Source: Paragordius varius (lineage: Eukaryota > Animalia > Nematomorpha). From it: 64,000 bases of DNA. Below the pieces are notes generated by a model. The model had not been told where the DNA came from. It saw only the letters and a list, made by a program, of their open reading frames with translations, and searched no databases. The DNA lies in contig OZ176052.1 of the NCBI GenBank assembly GCA_964247055.1, forward strand, positions 620,001 to 684,000, in the 5' to 3' direction. Position numbers and translations under genes: made by a program. How positions within the stretch are numbered: position 1 is the first letter of the stretch; each line of letters opens with the position of its first letter. Below, piece by piece: positions 54,201 to 64,000 of the stretch.

Positions 54201-55409
54201 TTTGTTAAGATCTTTTCTCTCTTCTCTTCTGTTGATGAGGTGTATACTGTTTGAATGGATAAAACAAGCCTCCAAAATCAACCTATCGGACAATTTGTCG
54301 GCTTGCCAACCGACACAAACAGTATACACCTCATCAACAGAAGAGAAGAGAGAAAAGATCTTAACAAAGTCACAAAAGACTTCCTAAAAGAAACAGACTA
54401 TTTCAATATTTACCACACCAAGGAAAAAACAATAACACATGCACACCACTTTGCATTTTTTATGTTATCATAATTTATAATTATATTTTTCAAATTTGTT
54501 TTAATTAATCTTATTATAATTTTCTTTTATTTTAGTTAATCCATTGAAAAAGATACTCTCATGTATCGAAAATTTTGGATATAGTTTGAATTCAATAAAT
54601 TTTACGAGAATACAAATTATTATTTTAACATAAAATATTCGTTCTCGTTGACAATATTAACAAATCATTATAGTATTTGGAATAAAATTATAGTATTATG
54701 AAACAAAGTTTAGAAAAATTTAAATTTAAGTCAAACCAAAAAATGCAATCTATCAAAATGAGCCACACATTTTTATTAATATATTTAAAAAGGTTATATT
54801 TTTTATTTTAATAATAGTTATATATGAAAATTCTGAATTGTCAAAAATATCAGATGATAAATTCACATACTTTAAATTATACTGATCTTTATTTGAAATA
54901 AGAAAATTTTCGAAAAATGCATGTTTTTTAATTAAATATGGTACTTTAAAAATGTTGAATATAATCATATCAAATATATATTTTATTTTAAAAATAGTTG
55001 ATAATCTTATAATTCAACATTTATCTCTTAGGTATTATTTGGTTCAAAATTTTGCTTACAAACTGTTTTTTCTCTAGTTTTTAGTCTAAAACCCTAAAAT
55101 TTTGCTAATACATTATTTTAAAAATATTTGGAACTGATTCGTGAATAGTACTTTCGGTATATCGATGGCATTTTTTTCATATTGTTTCGAATAAGAGGTT
55201 AGTTTTGCATTGTAAATGATTTTATAGTTTTGTGAGAGGGAAAGATACAGTTTGTTTATCAATGGAGAATTTTGTTGATTATCTTTATTATCATTTATAT
55301 GGAAAAAGGATTTCACGAGGTTGAAAAATATGAATATGCCGAAAATAAAGACTAGAATTGATATATTTTTTAACATTTTCATCCATCTTGACTTTGATTT
55401 CGATCTCAT
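48267..55409 (-). CDS. GALNT: Polypeptide N-acetylgalactosaminyltransferase (GT27, ricin-type lectin C-terminus); exons 55409-~552xx, candidate 53893-53811, 53694-53514, 53147-52960, 52234-52015, 51523-51350, 51013-50896, 50286-50106, 49654-49506, 49156-49046, 48660-48502, 48425-48267
   Basis: Type II TM anchor; [67 protein letters not shown] (DxH), [53 protein letters not shown], and QxW lectin repeats. The paralogue is not resolved and the first donor is uncertain. Confidence 0.93.
49194..49461. mobile_element. MITE family 1 copy (clean TA-CAGT...ACTG-TA ends)
   Basis: TACAGTAAAAATTGAAATTGTACGGACAAAACG...CGTTTTGTTCGTATAATTTCAATTTTTACTGTA, inside the GALNT intron 49157-49505. Confidence 0.85.
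52275..52604. mobile_element. MITE family 2 (TACCATTTACA...TGTAAATGGTA; subterminal 21-bp repeats AACAATTCAAATTCACCCTTG)
   Basis: Long inverted arms with 21-bp tandem units. Other copies lie at 5191-5434, 15112-15632, ~16280-16360, ~18010-18330, ~18530-18820, ~56925-57080, 58252-58534 and 60285-60540. Confidence 0.85.
53937..54629. repeat. Near-perfect inverted duplication (arms 53937-54253 and 54316-54629, 62-bp spacer); probable Penelope-like element 3' fragment
   Basis: The arms are reverse complements with only a few mismatches or indels, and the ORF track shows the same peptide on both strands. The minus frame through the spacer reads [23 protein letters not shown], similar to the end of GIY-YIG domains of Penelope-like elements. 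Confidence 0.85.
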
Positions 55410-55661
55410 TTTTACTGCTTACTAACTAATGTTAAACTCGCTTATCCTTGTTTGATATCCATAGAAAGCATGGGCTCATACTACATAAAATTTATAACAG
55501 TTATAAATTTAAATTATTACCAAAACTATGAGGCGCTTATCTTGTAGTTATTAGGTAAAAAGTTACAGTAAAAATTCAAATTACAGACATACATGTAAAA
55601 ACTAAAAGACAATCTGAGTTTTTTATCTTTATTTTTTCAAATCAAGAATACACTCAATTAT

Positions 55662-55826
55662 ATACAGTAAGCATAATGGCTGGGCAATTTGCAACACTAT
55701 AGTATATAAAAAAAAATTAAAAGATTGTTTAATCAACATTTTGTTGCTTTTTCCATACACTGCTATGTTCCAAATTTGCTTAACTATAGTGTGAAATAAT
55801 AAGCAACCATTATAATGCATACTGTA
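55662..55826. mobile_element. MITE family 3 (~170-190 bp; TACAGTA..AATGGTTGCTTATTTCACACTATAGT ends)
   Basis: Related copies lie at ~21431-21623, ~32506-32680 and 34098-34258. Each has inverted ends terminating in ACTGTA. Confidence 0.75.
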
Positions 55827-57495
55827 ATTTAAGATAGTGATTTAATTTATAATTTATGTAGGAGTAACCATTTAAAAAGTATACGGTTGACTTAAAAAAA
55901 ATATTCGTCTTTATATTATTACCTTGTGTCAATTTTAATATTTATCGTATAATGGATTTTGTTAAAAATATGATTTCATAAAATATTTTACTTGGCACAT
56001 TTTGGAATAGAGGAATAACTCCAGAAAAAAAGCCAAAATTATTTTTAAGGCAAGATATTTATTCCTATTATTTTTATGGTGTAATATGTAGTAATAATTT
56101 TTTACATGTTATGTAATAAATTTTGAACAAAAAAAAAGATAACATACTAGTTTGACAATACTAATAAATGACACGGTAGACAGGTATTTAAAAGTTACTA
56201 AAGGTATTCTTCTGCTCTGTTTTTACCATAAAATATTAAAAAAACATATATTTATGACTGATGTTTTTTCATATTACCAGACAAAACATGACATATAAGA
56301 CAATAAAACATAAAATATATTCCTATAAAATACATCAGATTTATCTTTGCTTCAGAAGACAAAAAATTCGATTTTTATCACAAAAAATATTATATTTATT
56401 TGAATCAATATACTTTTGTTTTACAGTTATTACCAAGTTGAGATTGGTCTATTTTATAGTATTTAATAATTATTAAAAAAATTTAAGTAATTATTTTGTA
56501 CATAGGCATAGATCTTTCTATGCATTTTAAAGCAAAATCGCCGTGTATAATTAAATTAAAAATGAAACGAAATATATCTTTTTTTATCAATCATAACTTT
56601 ATTAGATTAGCCTGTTAAAATAAAATTATAGCTAATTAAAATCTTTTATTAACAAAAAGTGGTTCCTTTTTTGAATGGATGAAAAGAGATAATTATTGCA
56701 TTCTTATATTACTGAAAACTAGATTTTATGTTAGGATATAAAATAATTATATTCTTTCTGAGCATTTATTTATTTATTTTTTTAAACAAATTGATTTTTG
56801 TTTTTGAAAAGAATAATTTTTGGATGTGTTGTTTAGTTTAGAGTTATTATGCCAATAAATTTATAAAAAATCGTACTTAGCCTGATTTCTTAACAAGTTC
56901 TCATTTAAGAGTGCAGTGCATGTATACCATTCATGATTCAAATTCACCCTCAAACAATTTAAATTCACTCTAAAATAAATTATTGTTTTTTAAGATAAAA
57001 AATTATCTATATTTTTTATATCTTCATAAAAATGAAATTATTAAAATAATACTGAAAACTAATAAACTATGCCATAGAGCATATTAATGAAGTTGTAAGA
57101 GTGCCTGAAATTATATTTTTTAATTTATTGAAACCGTATCTTTCTAAAAAATATGTTAAAACGTTTATGATAAATATATCGTTATATTTCAACTTTAAGC
57201 CAAATATTTAGTTTTCAAAGCAATTTTAATGCTTCTTTTTCGCTTTTGATTGACTCAATTTTTAGAATGCCAAAAATTATTGACATTCTTTACAATTTTA
57301 ATTGCTTATAAACCAAAATTTTATAATATATTTCTCATATGATACCATTTAACATAAATGTCAATATAAATTTATTTTCTTTCTCAAACATCATACAATG
57401 GAACATGATCATAGAAATATAAAATAGCAAGGATTGCAGCATATAAAATCTTGATCAAAACCTTTCAAATTTTTCAAAAGAAAAATCTCACATAT

Positions 57496-60400
57496 CTAAT
57501 GACTCGATAAAGAGGTGAATTGTTGTGTAATTATCAGGCTTGGATCTTTATTTAAGTTTTTTAGGGCATTGGAATCATCTTTTTGTGCAGGTGTGGAAAA
57601 TAATGGTGTTGTTGAATTTGTATTTAAACTATTTTGACTGCGTTCAAAGTTTTGATTTTCATTCTCAATAAAATAGTTATTTGCGGAATAATTGTTAGAA
57701 GGGACGACAGGTCGGGAGGTTTCTTTGCCCATTTCCATATTAGCCAAGTTGGTGAGTTCCAATTCAATTTCGTTATCAATGTTTTCCTATTATACATAAT
57801 TATAGATGATTTACATGTTAAAATTGGATTGTTTCATCAATTTCGTTATCAATGTTTTCCTATTATACATAATTATAGATGATTTACATGTTAAAATTGG
57901 ATTATTTCAATTTTTGTTTTAAAGAAAGCTAGAAATTACAATAATTCCGCCCTATATAAGCCAAGCCTAGCCAAGTTTAACAAACATTATAAATCTCATC
58001 ATCCTTTACCCTAAAAAGTAATTTGGATTATTATTTATAATGAAAAAAAGTAAAAAAAATATTATTTTTATGAAAAACAACTACAATTTGGTAATTAATT
58101 GGAACATATACTTTTACGTATATTTTCAATCAAAAATCGGAAAAAAAACGTATAAAAGTATTCATTTTATACAAGTTTATCATATATATATATAAAATTT
58201 ATTTTTAACTGAATCATTCGCAATCATAACAAATATACCAATCCGATTAGTACACCATATAAAGTTAAAAATCACCCTTGAACATTTCAAATACACCTTT
58301 GAACAATTCAAATTCACCTTAAATAAATTATGTGTTTACGAACTAATATAACTAATAAGGTATAGTTTATTATTATTTAAGTATTACTTTAATTTAAAAC
58401 GTAATCATATTTTTTAAAAATAAATATAGGTAATTTTTAATCTTAAAAAACATATATTTTATTTGAGGGTGAATTTGAATTGTTTAAGGGTGAAATTTGT
58501 ATTGTTCAAGGGTGAAATTGAATTGTAAATGGTATGTTAAAAAAAATCATAGCTTACATGTTGAATCAAATCGACCAAATTAAAGATATCATCATCAACG
58601 CCCATATCATCAAAATTATCTATAAATGCATTCATTGTTGCGTTTGTGTTTCCTTTTATTAAATATTCTCCATTTGCCTGGGCAGGTGAGGGATTTACTT
58701 TATCAAGCGGTTTATGTGCCAACACATCCTATGTCAACATAAAATTTTAACCTTTAAATGCAATGGTTTATTATATATATAAAAAACAAAAATTTTTTAA
58801 ATTCCATAGTTTTCAAAACAAACTTTATTAATGTCACTTGAACAAACATTCTAATAAATTAGGCTTAGTAGAGAGATGTAAGATACTTATTAACATAACG
58901 ATAAAATGTATGAAAAAAACAAGAAAGGCAATCCTTTTTAATTATTTTGAAATTATTTTATAATATATTTGGCAGCCAAAATTTCAATACTATCGAAATT
59001 AACAAAGGGCTTATTTAATTACAACCCAACAAACCCCAATTTTCAAAGATATATATATAATTACTTGTCTCTATCTCTAATGGCTTTTTTTTGTAAAAAC
59101 ATTATTTTACTAAACTAGTTTACTTCGCTTAACTAATTCAAACACAGGCTCAATAATCGGCAAAATATAACAAAATAAACTAATAATTTAAATGAAACAT
59201 AAAACATTCAAAAAAAAGTATGGCAAAACAACTTTCACGGTATAAAACCACAACCCCAAAACACTTAAATATAGCAAATTTAACCAAATTATTGAATAAA
59301 CTAATTTCATATTAATGATATCGATTTGAGTTAACAAAAAGTCAACATAAAAAGCTAAGAAACACTATTATAAACCAAACACCCAAACTCGAGTTGAATT
59401 GAAATTTAACCCTTTCAAAAAAAACTATCAAAAGTAAATAGGAATAAAATCTCATGGATGTACAGAGCAGTTGAGACTTTATTCACTTAAATGAATCAAT
59501 TTCAATTATCTAAAATAAATCGAATTTTAATCAATTTTTCTAAGTACTTAAAACCCATTAAAATTAAACCCCAAAATTTTAATAAGAATAAATTTAACCA
59601 TATTTTTTTTTAATTAAATGTGGTACATGTACAGCAGAAGAGTGTGTCCATCTTTATTGAATTAGTAAAAATGATGCAACCTAAAAAGCTCTCTCAAAAT
59701 CAACCTTTTGATAAGCCAAGCCAAAACTCCACCAGGTGTAAATCCATAATTCTTAAAGAATAATCTCAAACTCTTGTGATAAAACTTCAAATTTTTCGAT
59801 TTAAATCTTTGATTTAAAATGGCATTTACAACAGAGGAAAGTTCATCCACTTGAATAAGCGAAGGATCCAACATAAAAAGCTCTCAAAACACTTTTTTAT
59901 AAACCAAAAGCCAAGCCAAAACTCCACCAGGTGTAAATCCATAATTCTTAAAGAATAATATCAAATTTTTAACGATACTACTTCAAATTTTTCGACCTAA
60001 ACTTATAAAAAATGGTATTTACAGCAGAAGAAAGTTCGTCCACTTGAATGAGTGAAGGATCCAACATAAAAAGCTCTCGGCCAGTCAAAACATTTCCCTT
60101 ACCAGCTTTGTATTTGTCCTCGCGTTCTTTGGCTTGAGCTCGAGCATTTGCTCGTTTTTGTTGAAGTCTGGACTCTTTCCACCCCCGAAAACTTTCAAGT
60201 GTAAGCTTGGTGTGTACTTTTTCACGATCTAAATCACCTACCTATCATAGCAAAGTAAAATAGAAAAAAAGAAAGTTTAAATAATGTCTAAAATTCAAAT
60301 TCACCCTTGAACAATTCAAATTAAACACCCTGAAAATAAATTGTGTGTTTTCGAGATAATATAACTCATCATTAATATGAAATATATCTTTATGGCCTAG

Positions 60401-62905
60401 TTTATTATTTTTTCAATATTATGTAAATTTTAAACAGAATTTCATATTTTAAAAATATATTAAAAGTAATTTTTAATCTAAATAATATATTTTAGGGTGA
60501 ATCTGAATTGTTCGAGGGTGAATTTGAACTGTAAATGGTATATAATGTCTAAAATTAAAAGTTAAAACTAAGTATAAAAAAACGTTTAAAATTAGTAAAA
60601 ACTATAGTTAAAAAACGTAGTATAAAATTAAAAATTAGATGGTATAAATAATTTTTAATAAACTCATATATTTATTTAAATTTAAGGCGGTTGTATTTAG
60701 AATGCTGTAATGTTAAAAAAACTTTTATATTTTTAGTGAATTTAATAACATGTGTATTTTTTCACGATTTAACTCACCTTCCTACCTATCATAGCAGATA
60801 AAAAAAAATTCTACCCAATATCCCCGTAATAAATAACCAAATTAGACTAATAAAGTAAGTTCCAATAATTTTTTATCAAAACAACTTAAACAACATTCTA
60901 AACCAAACTAAAAGACAGATAAAAAAATTTTAGAATCTAAGAGTTCTTCAAGCAGGGGCATACTTTCTTTATCAGCGTTCCAAATTTCGGTTTAAATAAA
61001 ACAATAGAGATTAAATAAAATCAACACGACAAAACCTTCAAAACTTTAAACTAAAAAAGTCAAAAAAAAAACAGATATAAAACCCTTAGAATCTAAGAGA
61101 GCTATTCAAGCAAGGTCATATTTTCTTTATCAGCGTTGGAAATCGTTTTTATTTATTTCTTTAATTTACAAAAAAATAATGAGGCGAGATATCTTTTTAA
61201 TTTTATTAAAGTTATTGAAAAAAAATCACGATTAAAATGCTCAAGAATTAAAAATAAAGTATAACAACATTCTAAACCAAAAAAGTCAAAAAGACAGATA
61301 AAAAAACCTTTGAAACCAAAAGCTCTTAAAGCAAGGGCATATTTTCTTTAACAGCGTTCCAAATTTGGGATAAATAAAACAATGATGATTAAATAAAAAT
61401 AACTTTCTTTACAATACTCTTATTATCAAAACAACTTTAAAAACTTAACAACTTTAAAATTTCCAAAATAAAATTAAAAGTTAATAACGCGAAAAAAACC
61501 TTAGAATCTAAGAGTTCTTCAAGCAAGGGCATATTTTTTTATTAGCGCTGGGGATCGTTTTCTCCCAAAATTTCAAATTTGGGTTAAATGAAACAATGAT
61601 GATTAAACAAAAATAACTCTCTTTACAATACTCTTATTATCAAAACAATTTTTAAAACTTTACACAAAAAAACAGATAAAAAAAACCTTAGAATCCAAAA
61701 GCTCTTCAAGCAAGGGAATATTTTCTTAATCAGCATTTGATTCTTCTCAAATTCAAAAAAATTTCCAAATTTGGGTTAAATAAAACAATGATGATCAAAT
61801 CAACTAAGACAAAACTTTAAGTAACTTTAAAAACTTTTAACTAAAAAAGTCAAACTAAAAAACAGATAAAAAACCTTAGTATCTAAGAGCTCTTCAAGCA
61901 AGGGCATTTCTTAATCAGCGTTGGAGTGTTCTCAAATCCAAAAAATTTCCAAATTTAGTTTAATAAAATAATGATGATTAAACAAAATTAACTACGACAA
62001 AACCTTCAGAACTTCTAAAACTTTAAACAACTTTCTAAAAAATCAAAGAAAAACCTTGGAATCTAAGAGCTCTTCAAGCAAGGGCATATTTTCTTTATCA
62101 ACGTTCCAAATTTAGTTTAATAAAATAATGATGATTAAATTAAATTAACTCTCTTTACAATACTTTGTTATCAAAACAACTTACAAAACTTAACAACTTT
62201 TAAACAACATTCTAAACCAAAAAAATCATAGAATCTAATCAAGCTCTTCAAGCCAAGGCATATTTTCTTTATCAGCGTTGGGGATTGTTTTTATTTATTT
62301 CAAAAAATTACAAAAAAGTCATGAAAGTTACATTATTACTCTAATTTTTGGTTATTTAATCGAGAATTTATTGTTTTTTGCAATAACTTCAATACAATTA
62401 AAAAGATAACTCGCTTTACTAAATTTCTTTATCAAAACAACATTCTAAACTTCAAAACTCTCTAAAATTTAAACAACATTCTAAACAATTTAAACTTTAT
62501 AAAATTTTCTAAAAAATCAAAATCAAACCAAAAAACAGATTAAAAAAACCTTGGAATCCAAGAGTTCTTCAAGCAAAGGCATATTTTCTTTAGCAGCGTT
62601 TCAAATTTAGGTTAAATAACCAAAAATTAAAGTAATAAAGTAAACACTTTTTTATCAAAACAACTTTCAAAACTTGCCAACTTTCTAAAAAAACCAAAAA
62701 AAAGTACCTTAGAATCCAGGAGCTCTTCAAGCAAAGGCATATTTTCTTTATCAGCGCCGTTGGGGTTTTTTTGGCCCCTGCGATTAAGAAGGGTGAACCC
62801 TGGGGGTAAGGCATGCCTATAAATGCATTTATCCCCGCCATCAGGACATTCCCAAAACCAACCATACTTGTTTTCTTCCACGGCTTTAAGGAAGTGTTTA
62901 CAAAT
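57496..62905 (-). CDS. ZC3H15: Zinc finger CCCH domain protein 15 / DFRP1 (5' exons beyond the window); exons 62905-62708, 60241-60023, 58728-58558, 57786-57496
   Basis: [37 protein letters not shown] is the second CCCH finger. It is followed by [19 protein letters not shown] and [15 protein letters not shown] (DFRP domain). All introns are phase 0 and the exon lengths 198/219/171/291 are multiples of 3. Confidence 0.92.
57763..57905 (-). repeat. 73-bp tandem duplication spanning the last ZC3H15 acceptor
   Basis: AATTTCGTTATCAATGTTTTCCTATTATACATAATTATAGATGATTTACATGTTAAAATTGGATT occurs twice in tandem. Confidence 0.9.
58252..58534. mobile_element. MITE family 2 copy
   Basis: 21-bp repeats in both orientations; terminus AATTGTAAATGGTA. 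Confidence 0.75.
59440..60080 (-). repeat. Degenerate tandem copies of the next ZC3H15 exon end and donor
   Basis: The junction motif recurs at 60023 (true), 59830 and ~59633, and weakly at ~59462. AAAAAGCTCTC occurs at ~60069, ~59875 and ~59683. Confidence 0.8.
60285..60540. mobile_element. MITE family 2 copy, left end truncated, flanked by a 15-bp direct repeat
   Basis: ATAATGTCTAAAATT at 60281-60295 and at 60542-60556. Confidence 0.7.
60890..62760 (-). repeat. Intronic tandem array: 9 copies of the last ~55 bp of a ZC3H15 exon plus its donor region
   Basis: The core CTTAGAATCYAAGAGYTCTTCAAGCAAGGGCATATTTTCTTTATCAGCG begins at 62708 (true exon), 62550, ~62229, 62055, 61875, 61687, 61500, 61308, 61085 and ~60929. 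Confidence 0.95.
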
Positions 62906-62949
62906 CTAACAAACAATTAGAAAATTTTAAAATTTTAAATTATTAATTA

Positions 62950-63640
62950 TATTTTTAGTTTAGAGAGTAAAATTTTAAATTATTGATTGATTAATTTATA
63001 ACTTTTTTAATAACTTTTTAGTTTAATAAGATTTGAAAATTTTTAACATGATAATCTAGTATTAATACAGTAGTATGGATAGATATTTTTTTCATAAAAT
63101 TTTAAATTGATTTATTAATAACTAAAAAATGTAGAATAGAATAAATTGATTAATAATATTTTACAGTTTAGAGAATTTTAAAATCTCAAAAGGATGATCT
63201 ATTATTACATAAAAATTAATTTTTAAAACAACAAACAAAGAACTAGTTAATTAGGCATTTTTTAGATAATTATTTTTAGAGCATTTTTAAATTTTTAATT
63301 GATTGATTAATTAATAACTAAAAAAGGTAGAATAGTTAGATTATTTATAATTATTTTTAAAGCATCTATAAATTTTAAAATGATAATTCAGTATAATACA
63401 GTAGGAATTAATTTTTAAAACAACAAACAAAGAACAGTATGTTTTTTTGAATAGATATTTTTTTTATAAAATTTTAAATTATTGATTGATTAATTAATGA
63501 CTAAAAAATATAGAATAGATAGTTTAATTAATAATAATTCATTTATAAATTTTAAAAATTTTTAACATGATAATCTAATATTATTACATAAAAATTAATT
63601 TTTAAAACAACAAAGATTAGTTAGTTAGTTAGTTTATTTT
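62950..63640. repeat. AT-rich degenerate tandem array, ~190-bp period, ~4 copies
   Basis: AATTTTAAATTATTGATTGATTAATT recurs at ~62970, 63095, 63290 and 63470. TTAATTTTTAAAACAACAAA recurs at ~63217, 63408 and 63597. Confidence 0.7.
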
Positions 63641-64000
63641 TTTTTTGGAATCAGATTTAAGATTAAAAAAGTATGGCGTTGTCTTTTTATAAAAAAAATA
63701 TTTGTCTTTATATTACTACGTTTTGTCCATAGTATAATTCAATTTTTACTGTATATTCATCCATGAATAATAAATTTAAAACTTTTAAAAAAAATTTTAA
63801 TCAGATATTCTTGACGACAAATGAAAAATTAAAGCGCAAGTTTATTCTTAATTTTTTGTGAGATTTTTCTAGTTTCAAATTAATTTTTCAAAAAAGACAC
63901 ATAAATATATCATAAGTTTTTTATAATTGTTCATATATCCAGTTAATTATCCATTTCAATTTACCATTATACAAAACTAAAAATTAGACACCATTTACAA

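Noticed and set aside
54093-54473. Identical peptides on both strands suggesting a duplicated gene
   Set aside because: This is a consequence of the inverted repeat, not two genes.
54860-54945. Candidate extra GALNT stem exon within ORF 54753-54968
   Set aside because: It is AT-rich, and its phase-1 start has no matching upstream donor.
60890-62760. CRISPR-like or mutually exclusive exon array interpretation of the ZC3H15 repeats
   Set aside because: The context is eukaryotic, the spacers are homologous to one another, there are no cas genes, and the copies lack in-frame acceptors while several carry stops or indels.

Overview
This is very AT-rich eukaryotic nuclear DNA, almost certainly from an animal; the lineage cannot be fixed from the sequence. 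I reconstructed seven spliced genes by hand from GT-AG boundaries and reading-frame continuity. They are a large uncharacterised protein (+, 5' end missing), MGME1 (+), two tandem, highly diverged class C (mGluR/CaSR-like) GPCRs (-), TBCC (+, with 26- and 30-nt introns), a polypeptide GalNAc-transferase (-) and ZC3H15/DFRP1 (-, 5' end outside the window). Introns and spacers contain at least four MITE families, a decayed RTE LINE nested in a hAT element, a second hAT remnant, a solitary 5S rRNA copy and a ~315-bp-arm perfect hairpin that resembles a Penelope-like fragment. The most unusual signals are these. (1) Splice junctions of ZC3H15 have been copied into neighbouring introns, including a 10-unit tandem array of the exon end plus donor. 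(2) The orphan class C GPCR pair lacks the canonical amino-acid-binding residues, and one member has four large in-frame insertions. (3) Tiny introns coexist with MITE-inflated introns. Exon coordinates are manual and have no transcript support.
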